Source: Bispira polyomma
Taxonomy: Eukaryota
Direction: 5' to 3'
Assembly (NCBI GenBank): GCA_965649765.1
Contig: OZ287755.1
Coordinates: 48,670,001-48,734,000 of the forward strand
Length of the DNA stretch: 64,000 nt
The notes below the pieces were generated by a model. It saw only the letters and a list, made by a program, of their open reading frames with translations, made no database searches and had not been told where the DNA came from. Made by a program: the position numbers and the translations under genes. This document shows positions 45,560-58,986 of this stretch, in pieces. Numbering within the stretch: position 1 is the stretch's first letter; each line of letters begins with the position of its first letter.

Positions 45560-48037
45560 ATGTATGTATCTCCTCGACCTCCTCAACACTTTTGGGTTCT
45601 CACAGTTTACCCCCACTTCAACCCACATCCCCAATCACATACTCGATCTGGTAATCGCAAGACCAAATTCAAATCTCATCAGAGAATCATGGGTAACTGA
45701 TGGGATTTCAGATCACCTAGCAACCTTTGCCTATTTAAATTTACCAATACCTGCCTCACATAAACCTTGTGTCATAAAATACAGAAACATTAGAAAAATC
45801 AATATAAACAAATTTAGAGACGACATCCTGGAAACAAATCTCATCAAACATCCATGCAAAAAAGCTGATAGCCTAAGTTTACAATACAATCACTGCATTT
45901 CTGCTACCTATGATAAACATGCGCCTTGGGTATCTAAAACCCTTCCCCCAACTAACCCCCATGAATGGACCAACGCCGTCATTACAGAAACCAAAAGACG
46001 CAAACGCCAACTTGAGTGTCAATGGCGACGCACAAAATCCTCTTTTGACAGAAGCCGTTACTGTTTCGCCACAAATAATTACAACAGACTAATAACTGAT
46101 GCCAAAAAGCAACATTATGACTCCATCATCAGTGAAAACCAGGATAATCCCTAAAGGTTATGGGCCTCCATAAAAAAAATTCTACATCGAACATCGGAGA
46201 AAGTACTCCCCATAAACCACTGCCTTACTTTTTTAGCCGAAAAATTTGGAAATTTTTTTATAGAAAAAATCAGCAACATTTTTGACGCCTTTCTAATGAT
46301 CACTTCAGTCCTCAAGCCCCAGGATATAAGGTTTGTAACCTGTTTCATTTCAGTACACTGTCAGAGCATGAAGTTCTGAAACTCATCAAATCCTCTACTA
46401 TTAAATCGTGTGAATTAGATCCCATTCCAGAAGTTATTCTAAATCAATATCTTGACATTCTAGTCACACCCATAACAAACATATATAATTTTCTCTTCGG
46501 GATGGTGTTTTTCCCACCTGTTTCAAGATGAAAAATGTAACTCCCTTGATTAAGAAAGAAGGGCTTGATAAAAACCAGCTCAAAAACTACAGACCAGTGT
46601 CAAACCTAAGCTTCGTCTCAAAAGTCATAGAGAAAGCTGTAGCCTAACAAATTTCTGACCACCTTAATAGGCACAACATTGAAAATCGCCACCAGTCTGC
46701 CTACAGAAAATTTCACTCCACAGAAAGCGCCCTTTTTCCATTAGCAATGATATCAATCTGGCACTGGACCGCAACGACACAGTGGCCCTCACCCTTCTGG
46801 ATCTCTCAGCTGCATTCGACACTATTGATCATGTCCTGCTCTGCGACACTCTCAAGCAGTGGTTCGGTATAAATGGCAGTGTCCTTAAATGGATCAGATC
46901 CTACCTTACTCCTAGGGCACAAAGAATTAAATTAGATGATCACCTATCATCTTCCATAAAGCTACCATATAGAGTACCCCAGGGATCCGTCCTTGGCCCT
47001 CTACTTTTCACCCTTTATACAAATCCTCTCAGCACTGTCATCAATAAACACAATATAAAACACCACATGTATGCAGATGACACACTCAAGTCTATCTCTC
47101 TCTCAATCCACAAAATGCAAATAGAAACATAGACCTACTTGCAGACTGTCTGTCTGATGTCCAGGCGTGGATGAACTACTCCAAACTAAAACTTAACCCT
47201 GACAAAACAGAATTCATCTTCATAGGAAACAAGAAAAATAGTGAACTCCTAAAATCTTTGTTTCCCATCTCCCTGCTGGGAAAAGACATACTACCTTCCG
47301 AAAGTGCCAAAAACCTGGGAGTCACTTTTGATTCAGCTTTTTCGTTTGATACTCATATTGCCAACATCTGTCGCTCCTACTATTACCACATACGCGACAT
47401 CAAAAGAATCAAAAACCACCTGTCCATGGACACAGCGATAACTGTGGCAAATGCCCTTGTGAGTAGCCGCTTCGACTACTGCAACTCTCTCTTGTACGGA
47501 GCAAACAAGTCGCACATTAAAAAGCTCCAGTCCATCCAAAACTACCTATGTAGGGTCATTTTTCGCCTGGGTTGTCGCACAGATGTCATTCCTTACCTCA
47601 AAAAATTACACTGGCTGCCCATTAACTCTCGCATTTTGTTCAAGATTCACGTTACTACTTTTAAGGCTGTAGTCACTCAACAGCCCCCCTACCTTGCCTC
47701 CCTCCTTTCCTTCAGTAACTGCAAGAGAGGCAATAGACTCTCCGTCACTTCGGTCAGACCAATCAGGAAGGCGGGATTCAGAGTGTTTTCCACTGCAGCT
47801 CCACGGTTATGGAACAGTCTCCCAGTCGACCTCAGATCAGTTGGCACACTTATCGGTTTTAGGAAAAAGCTTAATACCTATCTTTTTAATCTTGCCTACC
47901 CACCTTAGCTTCCCTCATGCACGCTCCCACTTCCTTCCTTACGACTTTGATGATTGGACCAATGATTCTGCTGTTGCGCTTTAGGAGATGCCTTGCATCA
48001 ATAAAGTGTGTTAAAAATTAATACTAATAATAATAAT
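45560..48037 (+). mobile_element. 5'-truncated L2-clade LINE, ORF2 with stops and frameshifts
   Basis: End of APE endonuclease (THIPNHILDLVI...SDH), then KNYRPVSNLSF, LSAAFDTIDH, PQGSVLGPLLF, YADD, LKLNPDKTE, SRFDYCNSLL, LWNSLP; (TAA)n tail. Confidence 0.95.
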
Positions 48038-49169
48038 ATCTACCTGTACTTGGTCATCACAGACTGGGATAGAGTCCAGGTCCTTTACATTATCAAATGA
48101 TTACATTATTAAAGTTTGCATTAGCTCTTTCGTTCCTCTAACCTTTAGCAAAGTTTGGCTTTACTTTATACAAAATACAACAGATGTGTTTTATATGTGT
48201 CCTAAATGTTATGGCAACAAAAAACAATAACTAAATCCCAGTAAATCCCAAGGTATTTAGCAGTAATCACAGACATATATATATTTTTGTATTTCATTAC
48301 CCAGGAGTATTTACTGCTGCATGGATAGCCCTGTTTCCTGTGATGGTTGTGGCAGTAATTGCTAGAGGAAGACCAGATGCAGTTGATGATGAAGTGGACA
48401 AACACAATGATCCCTTGCTGCCTTGGTATTACAAAGTACACTTCACCAGGCCCTCAATGAGTTAAGGGAAATACAGCATATTAAGGGACGGTGTTCACAA
48501 GGAATAATATTATGGTCTTTATTTTCTTTCAACAAGTTTTATTAGTTGATCTAAGGCCTATGGAACAGTCTGATTAACTCTCATCATGTAAGGGACAGTT
48601 TTCAAAGGGATTAATGTTATAGTCTATATTTTCTTTCACCAACTTTCATTGGTACACATTGTTTATTCCATTTAATGCGGAGGACAGAAACCTCCATATT
48701 GGATGACACTTCACAGATCATATGTTACACTTGTCATTGCCATGTAATTTATACACAGATTTTCAACTGAATGTTTACAAGATCACATGTGATTAATATT
48801 AACTATTGTTACACATTTAACCTTCTGACAAATCCAGGTAATAAATGGTGACACATAGTGACAGGTTAAATTTTGGGGTACTATGAAATTACACAGATTA
48901 ACAGAAAACCCATTAGTAATGGTTAGGCATTGCTTAACTTAGAAACTTTAGCATACCTAATATAGTGCCATCAGATAAAGTCACATGTTTCTTAACCTCA
49001 GAAAACTATCATTACTGTCAACGTAAAATATTTGTGTTTTGTCAGAAATATTTTTTTCTTTATACGTACCTCTGTACAACTTGTATGGCATTTCAAATGT
49101 TAATATGGGAAATAATGTAAAAGACAAAATTATAATGGAATCTAGAAAATATAATAAAAGAAACAAAAT

Positions 49170-49400
49170 TCAAATCTGTTTCAAATAGCGCATTCAGTAG
49201 AGTGGATCCCAAATTGTGGAATGGTCTACCGGATAAAGTTCATGATATCAGCCTCAGCTTGATAGAGTTTATGACTAAATTATAAACATTTTTACCCAAG
49301 CAAGCATATGATATTCTGGATCAAACCGAAATGATTAAACAGTTGTGCATAGAATTTGGCTATATAAATATTATTTATTATTATTATATTATTATTATGA
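49170..49400 (+). mobile_element. Degenerate LINE ORF2 3' end
   Basis: AFSRVDPKLWNGLPDKV-like remnant. Confidence 0.5.
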
Positions 49401-50352
49401 TAAAGTGATGTTCGCACATGGACAATTAGCTTCTTATAAATTTTGTAATGTATTTGGTTTGTTTTTATGGTTTAAAGCATTTATATAATTTTGGTTTAAA
49501 TCATTTATATATATCGCAGTGCTTCCTCTGAGGCATTAGTGATCCCAAAAGGTATATTATTACAACATTGTACCAGTCGTCATCAGGCAGAAGTTGAGTT
49601 TTCAAATTTTGCCAAAGGATGTCCCCATAATGACCATTGTACCATGACAGGAAGTGTAAGACATTGACACTGTGATCACCAGACCACCTCCCAAACCAGT
49701 AGGCCAATGTTAGACTCAGCTATAATGCTCTCTTTATTCCACTGAACCAGTACAACCCAAAAGCATCAGTAGCCGATATTTCCCTCTTATCACCAGACCA
49801 ACTGCCAAACCACAAGGATTGGTTAGAAGCAATAGCTTTCGCAATCACTGCATGGTCTCTCACCAATGTGGGTTTGAATCCTGTCCGTTTCTTCATATGG
49901 GAAAGTTTGTCAGGTATTTGTCATAGGCCGATGGTTTACAATGTTTCAGCACTGGTTTTTTCCACAATTAAATCTGACCCTTGTGATATGACCTAAGCTG
50001 TTAAAAGTGACGTAATAACCAACTTCGAATGCTGGCAATTTTCAAATTAGCCTCAGTAGCACTGATATACCATTAGTGCTAAACCCATAGATAGTAATAT
50101 CCACAGAATTGTGTTATATAAATCAAAAGCTGATAAAAGGGGAGTCTTTTATAAGGGCAGAGTGTGTAATATAGGAATATAGAGTGGTTTCCTCCAACCA
50201 CAAATCTGACGGGGGGGGGAGGGGGGGGAGTTTTTCGGTAACATAGGCACATCAATTTAGAAAGCTCCAGGACCCGCCCTTTTGTTAGGTTTTACAAGAA
50301 AACAAAACGTCCAATTTTTCTCTTAATGTTAGCCTAAGCTTCCTTTCATGTT

Positions 50353-51064
50353 AGCCTAAGCTTCCTTTCAGCATGTTTTTATCGGCCGACGTCGGCCTAT
50401 TTTTCCCCTCATTATACAATACTACTAAGTGCTTCCTTTCACCAGATTTGCATCAGATCCGATCAGACGTCGGCCGACGTCTGTTGGGCCAACGAATTTT
50501 ATATGTCAGAGAGGGGAAAAATCGGGAGGACTGTCCGATTTTGAAACAAAAATTGCTCCAAAAACACTGTAATAGGTACAGTTTTCATCCTATATATATA
50601 CTCAATATTCATCGGATGTTGAAGTTAAAAATGGCATGAGAAAGCTTATTTTATTGTGATTACTGTGCCTTTTTTTCTCATCAAAATCCGTTAAGAAACG
50701 GCTGGGATATTTAAGTTTATAGATTGGTACCCCATTTAACTCTTCCTTCTACAGTGAATAATACGTCACAGTGACGTCATAATGACGTCAGTTTTGTAGC
50801 TAAGTCACAGCTTATGCACCGGGAAGTAAAAATGGATACCTTTACTTAACTGTATATATCTCAGCCGTTTCACAACGAATTTTGATGGGAAAAAAGCACA
50901 GTAATCACAATAAAATAGGCTTTCTTCTGCCATTTTACAAGTCACCATCCGACGAATTTTGAGTGTATATCTGATGAAAGGAAGCACAACATCGGCCGAC
51001 GTCGGATCGGATCGGACAACTTCAAATCGGCCGATGTCGGAATGTGCTGAAAGGAAGCCTAGGC
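50353..51064. mobile_element. Foldback-like (near-palindromic) Harbinger-type MITE
   Basis: TIR gcctaagcttcctttcagca / tgctgaaaggaagcctaggc with tta/tca flanks; ~160 bp internal inverted arms at ~50590-50750 and ~50820-50975. Confidence 0.75.
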
Positions 51065-51394
51065 TCACTGAAGAAAAAATGAATAATAAGGTACGAGCAT
51101 TGTTGGGAGACAACAGATTTGAAAGCGGTGACATGTATTTTAAATAAAATTCGATAATGAATAGGAAACTAATGTAATTTTTGGAGAGATATCAGGGTGG
51201 AAGCTCGGACATCAATAGTTTTGAATGGACTGTAGTTTTTTTTATGTTATTTGTTAACCCCAAGCAGAAGGTAATTGATGTTGCCAAGGTGGCTACTGAC
51301 ACGAGATTTAGTTCCGAGTGAAAACGTTGTTTAGTGGAAAGTGATTTCTGAATCTTTTGTTATCACAGATAAGATAGTAAAATGAGTTAAATAG

Positions 51395-51790
51395 TAAACA
51401 ATGGCCAATGGTACCAAAAGCTTTTGAGAGATCTAGAAGGGTGAGGGCTATAGTTTCATCACAATCCAAGGCAAGGTTTATGTCATTACTGATGGAAGGG
51501 AGGGCACTTTCTGTGGAGTGAAACATTCTGTAAGCAAATTAGTATAAGTTTGCAAGGTGTTAGGCGGTTGGATATTTGTTTTGCAATAGCTTTCTTAAGC
51601 AGTTTAGAGACAGCACTGAGGTTAAAGACTGGTCTATAATTTTTCAGCTAGTTTCTGTCAAGCCTTGATTTTTATAAAGGGTGCAACATAAGTGATTTGT
51701 AAACAAGAGTGGAAAATACCATCCATAAGTGAACAATTAACAATGTTGTCAATAGGAGTAATAACAATGTGCAGGGATCTAATTCACAAT
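51395..51790 (-). mobile_element. L2 RT fragment related to 46400-46830
   Basis: FHSTESALPSISNDINLALDCDETIALTLLDLSKAFGTIGH. Confidence 0.8.
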
Positions 51791-54700
51791 AATTCGTTCA
51801 CTAATAGATCAATAATCTTTTTACAACAAATACATCACAGTTAATATTGTTTTATTCACCAGTTTCTAGTGTGTCATATATACACTGGTTAAAATAAAAT
51901 AGTACTCAGTCATATAAATGTAGGTCGTTTCAAAATTGTGGAGAATTTTATTTATTTTGATATGTATTTGTATTAACATATTCATTTTCTGTATTCTAAG
52001 CTCTTGTTACTTAAAAAATGTTTTTCCTTAGAACATTACACAGAAAATTGTGCGATGGGCAAGAAATCTTAATTTACAAGCACACAGATTTACAGATGTG
52101 AAGAAAACGAAAGTTGTCTTTAACTTACCAATTTATTGAAAAATTCCCTTTTAATGGTGGGTTCTACTCCTATTCAGGTTTATGCACTCCATACAATGTC
52201 TTTGAATAGTCACGACAGTGTTCTGTATAACTTGCTTTTACAGGTTTTCCCACTATTTGTGAGGGTCTGGATCTGCATGACCATATTCAAACAGGTGGAT
52301 TATGATCCGGAACACTCTTGTAACTATGCAAAGAGATTGTACTGAGTGTATTAACCTGAATGGGGCTACAACCCACTATTAACACTTATTTTTTCAATAA
52401 ATTGGCAAGTGAAAGACAACTTTAATTTTCTTGACATCTGTTGTCCTGTGCTTGTAATCATGGATTTCTTGCCTATCACATTCTTTGCTTGGTAATTCCT
52501 TAAAGAAATTTTTTTTGGGAAACAACAACAGCTTGAAATAAAGAAAATAGATGTGTTAATACAAATATATATCAAAATAATTAAAATTTTTCTCCATACT
52601 TTTGTAATTGCCAACATTTACATGTCTGAGTCTTATTTTATTTTGAGCAGTGTACATATATATATCCACACACTTTCACTTTCTTCACTCTACAGTCAAC
52701 AAGAAATGACTGAACAAAGAATAAGTATCTTTGTATAGCTTTTGGGGAATTCATAAAGTCACATTTTGTTATTGTCTTCTTTGAGGCCAGGACTTGTTTT
52801 GATGTAAGAAGGAATTTTCCTAACACTTGTGATCAAAATGTGGATCACTGCCAACACAAAATCAGGGATAAGAGAAGGATAGCTTATTAGTAGGGCTATA
52901 AATGCAAATAACAATAATCTTATGTCATAAACTTAAACCTAATTACTGAAAATAATTAAAAAGGCCTTGTCCCACTTTCAGAATAGTGGCTAGCGATTTC
53001 GGGCAATCTAGGCGATCTATAACTCACACTGGTCAAACACTGGTTGTACTTAATTTATAGTGGACTTTAGGAATTAGCTTGCACCTAACTCAACTACAAT
53101 TTATGTTACTTTTCACGATTTATAAATATGCCATAGTCCGTACATTCGCTGGTGGGTTAAATTGAGAATGCATCGCATTTTCTGTAGACACATTGGGGAT
53201 CTTATCAGGTGATCATAGGGTGACAATACACGCTGCAGACACGACTGCAGCAATCTACAACTGTCGCAAATTTGGTTTAAGCGTAACTAGTCGCATATAA
53301 AAGCGCCACAGATGTGTGCTCTGCACAGCTGCCTGACATGTCCTAGGTGTCTTCAACCCATTAAACTCGATCATCAATGATCTGCTTTGCTTTAGCGTCG
53401 CACTGATATCTGAATTCAATAGTTGTGAAAACCTATGATTTAGCCTGATACTCTTAAGGTGTATACATTAAATTTACGGTATTCCTTCTTGAGACAGTCC
53501 TTCTTTTTATATTATAGAAAGCATTTTTGCAAAGGAGGCTCTAGGAGGCAGTTGGGTACTGTATCAATAACTTCCACCAGACTTTATGAACACTAGTATT
53601 GTCAAAACTGTTACATCGTCTTACAAACTGGCATGTTACATATACTACTCACATCCAAGTGGCTACTCGGGATGACCTTGGGCAAGATTATTATGTGGAG
53701 AAGTTAGAGGTTTATTGCGGGAAAGAAAGACAGCGAATGTAGCCTAACCGTGAGGACCCGTATAGTGTATTTACAATCAAAAATTGCCACTGTGGACCAC
53801 TGTGTTATGTTGTAGGACCATCAATTCCTGAACACAATCAACAACAAGCGCCTTAGAGGATGAGAGATAACTAAGGCTATGAAAATGATGATGAAGGAAA
53901 AAGTGTCAAAAGCATATTTTAAAGTTATAAAAAAACTATAACAGGTATAGAATAAGTTTTATTTCTATATTATGCCAATTATTGACTAATTTAAATATGA
54001 TTTTTAAGTGTTGACAATTGACACCTTCAAATGAAGAATCTTGGCATGATGATAAGTAATGATCCTTGTTAAATATTGGACAAATATAAACAACAGTGCT
54101 TATCAATCAAGATAACAAGAACAAAGCAAAAACATAGGGTGCATCTATTTTAGTGATATACTGAACAGGGAATAATAATGTTCTCATGTGGTTGATATAG
54201 TTTTAACATGATTTAGTATTTGCACAATGTACTAGTGCACTAAAATATATTACTTATTATTGTGATGCCCACGGGAAAGGAATGTACTTATTAACTGATT
54301 TTTATTTGTATTATGTAACTTTTATACAGGTTTTAAATGTTTTCAGTAAATTTATTGTTATGTAACCATTATCATGTGCACGTAAAGTTGTCCAGATTAG
54401 TAATCAATTGGTGTGACCTTACTGGTCACTTCGCATACTGTACTATGGAACAATTGTTCCACTGACATGTATAGTGTATTGTGTGGAGAGTATAAACATT
54501 ATAGATATCTCTGGCTTGGGAGGGGGGAGGGCGAGGGTGCCATTAGGGATCAAATGTATTGAAATCTCCATTATTGTAGAAAATATGCTTGTCTACCAGT
54601 TTTATGACTGGCATTCATCTTAGTAGCCAAGGTGTTTGCGATTAAATTATTGCAACTTATAGAAGCAAAAACAAATAATGCACCCAATTGCCCTGATTTT

Positions 54701-57474
54701 TACATTCAACCGATGTAAGTTTGTAGATATTCAACATATTTCATACATTAACGGCTCAATGTATAGGTGCATGTCTTATACCCCTGTTCCACTATGGCAA
54801 TCGAAAGCCCCAACCATTATGATTTTGTGTTTGGGCCATACTCAAGGACATAATCAGAGAGGTCATTGAGGACGTAAGATTTATCTTTGGTACTCAGGAC
54901 ACTCGGGGTCATTTGGGTGAGGTTTTCAAACATGTTTAATAACGACTTATTTTTGTGTTGGGGTTGGTACCGGCTAGAAGGACTTATCTTGGTCAGTCCA
55001 ATTTATTGCAATGTAAAAAATAAGTCGGGCCTTGAGAACAACTTATATTTTTAGTCGTTAACTAATCTGAGTATAATAGGGTGACGCACATATTCATGTC
55101 CTTTTCGAAACACATCAGGGCAAAATGCCCACAAATGACCCCCGATCACATTATCGAGGCCTCTCCTCGACTAGTCTTGATAGTGGAACAGGGGCATTAG
55201 AAATAACAATGTACAATATCATAATTATTTATACAATACAAATATGTGGAAAATTTATTATGCTACATAAGGCAATAACACCAAATCAATTGATGGACCT
55301 ATTTTGCACTAAATGAACCTGTCTACCCACTGTACCATGCCCTCTTTGCAACATGTTTTACTCTACTACCTTGTATGGTATATTGCTTACAATAAACAAC
55401 CAAATGCTTTAAAATAGAATTTAAATGGGAATCAATTTATATTACAGGTGTTAAATATGTATAAAAAACTTAACCTAGTTAGAAAAAAACTTGATAGATT
55501 TGTTTTGGCCTTGCTGATCTTTGCTTTGTGACTACCAACTTGATTTAAAGAATAACTAAGCCTTTTTTAACTGATCTGAATCCTGAGGTGGTCTTAAACT
55601 GAACTTGGTCCATGTTATAGTGAAAACGTTCCCAAAGCTGTCAAAACTGGACCTTGCTATGTTTCCCAAGCGGGCTATATATTTAATTGTAGATTATATA
55701 TTTGGAACTGCATTACAATTTACTTCCCGATTTGGGTTCTAAGGTGAGGTGACACTGAAAATAACAACATTTTTTATGTTTATTTAAATTGATGCACTGG
55801 TTATTGACCACCTCAGCCTTCACAGGGCGAGGCATGCATGTCAATGTCCTAAATCTAGGACTGCACTGTATATTAATATATGTATATAAATATGCATATG
55901 TTAGTAGTTTAGAGTTTAGGGTAGATTCAAACTTTTTGACCTGTATGTATTACATACAAAATTTGATTTGACAAAAACATAATTCAGTAAGCACTTTAGT
56001 TGTACAATTGCATCATTAACAAGTATTACAACTTTAAAACTGCAATACTAAGTTTTGTTCACAGCAAAAATGGTGGGTTTTAATTTTGAACAATAATGGT
56101 TTTTAGGATAATATGGATGGTGGCTTTAAACCAATAGTTACACTTCATATTTCACACCCCATTTGATCATCCTGTTGCCCTTGCTTCCTGTGTGGTATGC
56201 CTTGAGGTGAGGCTCCAAATCTATGCCCCTTGTTTGGTGTTTAATGTAAACAATCTGTATATTACGTACATAGGTCCCCAGCCCTATTATCTAATAATCT
56301 CTAAATAATGTCAGTATTAGAAGCTTTTATGAAATGCCAATACATGCGTTGCAAGTTTACAGAACAGCCAATGTAAGACTACTTTGTACCAGTAAAAAGC
56401 TGACAAAAACACTAGCTGATATTATACTTAATTTCAAAATCATTTCATTTTTCAGCCAATAACATTTCTCCCATTTCTTCCTTTTGTTCTAAAAAGATAC
56501 AATGTTTTATGTGTCCATCAATGTCTGCTGTTTATGTGGTAGTCTTTCTCAGTCCTGCTTAGCATATTTTAATATTCTTATACTTGGAAATTTTCTACCA
56601 AGTAGGGATGTTATTTTTTAATTTTGTGTGGGTGGGATTAATTTGTATACAAATTATGAAGTTTACACCTTCTGCCACCTACAGAAAACAAGGGAACATT
56701 TGGAGCCTAATAAATGGAAAAACAGTGAGCAATCACAGAACTGATTAATGATAAATTGTGGTTAACAATGAAGACACTGTTGAATGAAAAAATATAATAG
56801 TATAGTTTCAAATATAAGTTGGAGACTTTTCTTTCAAAATTTACATACATTTCTAATACTGTGGATGTATACCTCTGGATTGCCATACTTAAAGCAAGAA
56901 AGGCACCTCTAGGTCATATTAAGCGGGCACAGCCCCTATTCTACTATACAGGAATGGGATGGCAAGCGTTGTAGAGATGCTAGTGACCCAGGTGGGATAC
57001 TGTCAGCTTTCCCACATACACACCAGGTCCGAGATTTAAACCCACAACAGCAGCAGTGGATGTCAAGTATCCTACCAATACATCACCAAGGCCCACAGAG
57101 TTGCCACAAAAGGATCATAATATAATCACAATATTTAACGTCTACTCTAGTTGGTTATTCGCAAGCCTCTGTTTTCAGTCAGGAAAATGATAGTTACTAT
57201 AAATGTACACATTAATAAATTCTTAAAACTAGGGACTGTATGTTGGTGGGTTTTTACTGTATATATTATAATATTTGCAGGAGGGATAAAAAAGGTTCAT
57301 TATGATGATTTACAAGACACATGATCCATCCTGTCTCCTCATTTACAAAAGCAGAGAGAAAGAAAGAAAATACCACCTCATTATCTCCCAGTGTTTTGCA
57401 GGAGTGAACCCAGAAATAAATTTCTATGACATATTTGACTCTTTTGTGAGACCTGTTTACAAGCTATATCCATG

Positions 57475-57515
57475 TATATAAAGGTGGTCACGTCTGCCTA
57501 AAACCTTCAGTTCTC
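57475..57515 (+). promoter_or_regulatory. Putative TATA + initiator core promoter of the His/Met-rich protein gene
   Basis: TATAAAG at 57477 lies 32 nt upstream of the A of TCAGTT (57509); possible donor ctag|gtttat at ~57577; the downstream exon at 60799 has an acceptor before its ATG. Confidence 0.5.
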
Positions 57516-57587
57516 TCTGGACACGGTGAAGTAGACTGGCAAGTGTTTCATCCTTGGTGACAAAAACCTGTGCTAGGTTTATACAAA

Positions 57588-57588
57588 G

Positions 57589-57634
<46 letters not shown>
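57588..57634. repeat. (AT)n microsatellite
   Basis: Visible directly in the sequence. Confidence 0.9.
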
Positions 57635-57637
<3 letters not shown>

Positions 57638-58204
57638 GATGTGAAGTATTTTGGTTTAAAATCTTTCTCTCACTACACTGACTATAAATGGACCTGTATT
57701 TTTAATATACTATTTGTGTCTCAAATATAGAAGATTTTTTACTATTAAAGTGTTATATTTGCGTTGTCACGGGCGTTATTAGTTATTTAATTAGTTACAC
57801 ATTGGCTGATAGTAAATACACATCCAGTGAACTGAAAACATCGATATATCTTTGAGAGGAATATTTACCTATTTTCCTTTAATTGACTATTATTTAGGTT
57901 AAATCTGTTACCGTTAATGAGTTCGTTAGTACTTAAAACCAAGGGTAATATTCACAAAAGGTCTTAGTTTTAATTCAGTCTTAAGCTTACCATGTATGTC
58001 TAAAATATTTAAGATTGCCTACTGTTAGTCTTAGTGTTAAGAGCAAAGTTAACAGTGAGGCAAAAATCTGTTCTTACTGGGACTGTAACCAAAATCTAAA
58101 TGTTTTTTTTTTTGCCAAAATTAAAGACCAATATATTAAGCTTTAATTAAGACTTAAGTTAGGACGAAAACATTTTTGTGAATGTGGCCCTCAGGGTTAA
58201 GTAC

Positions 58205-58700
58205 TTTATATGTATGGCTTTGTGTATTGTTATGTATGGCTGTGTGTTGTTATATGTATGGCTGTGTGTATTGTTATATATATGGCTGTGTGTATTGTTA
58301 TACATATGGCTGTGTGTATTGTTATATGTATGGCTGTGTGTATTGTTATATGTATGGCCGTTTGCATTGTTATATGTATGGCTGTGTCTATTGTTATACG
58401 TATGGCTGTGTCTTGTTATATGTATTGCTGGGTGTATTGATATATGTGTCGCTGTGTCTATTGTTATATGTATGGCTGTGTGTATTGTTATATGTATGGC
58501 TGTGGGTATTGTTAGATGTATGGCTGTGGGTATTGTTAGATGTATGGCTGTGTCTATTATTATATGTGTGGCTGTGTGTACTGTTATATGTGTGGCTGTG
58601 TATATTGCTATGTGGATGGCTGTGTGGATGGCTGTTTGTATTGTTGTGTGTATGGCTGTGTGTATTGTTATATGTGTGGCTGTGTGTATGGCTATGTGTT
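58205..58700. repeat. 24-bp minisatellite (tgtgtattgttatatgtatggctg)n, ~20 copies
   Basis: Head-to-tail units; a stop-free unit of length 3n explains ORFs in all three + frames. Confidence 0.92.
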
Positions 58701-58726
58701 TGTCAATCTGAAGTGTTATCCGTATA

Positions 58727-58986
58727 GAGGGGTCGCGGTGGCCCAGTGGTTAGCAAGCATTGCGCTTCACAACACTGGTCTCTCACCTCTGGGCGGCGTG
58801 AGTTCGAATCCTGTCGATGCCTATGTGGAAAAGGGGTTAGTTCCTTACTGTGGGCCGCTGGTTTCAGTGCAGAACCTTGATCAACTGTATGCAGTGTTTC
58901 CTTCAGCGATTCCAACTACCCGTCCCAATATAACCTAAACAGGCACTAGAGTGGACGTTAAATATCCAAATTCAATCCATATTCGA
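58727..58986 (+). mobile_element. Full-length tRNA-derived SINE with TSD
   Basis: A box tggcccagtgg, B box gagttcgaatcc; 13-bp TSD tgttatc(c/t)gtata at 58714-58726 and 58987-58999. Confidence 0.85.

Noticed and set aside
45531-47908. Active LINE or domesticated reverse transcriptase gene
   Set aside because: In-frame stops and several frameshifts split ORF2 and the 5' end is truncated, so it is a dead copy.
58727-58815. Possible tRNA gene
   Set aside because: A and B boxes are present but there is no cloverleaf or acceptor stem; it continues into a SINE body and tail with a TSD.
58178-58938. Long Cys/Tyr/Val-rich ORFs in three frames (keratin-associated or metallothionein look-alikes)
   Set aside because: They are translations of a stop-free 24-bp minisatellite running into a SINE, within a probable intron; no splice or start context.
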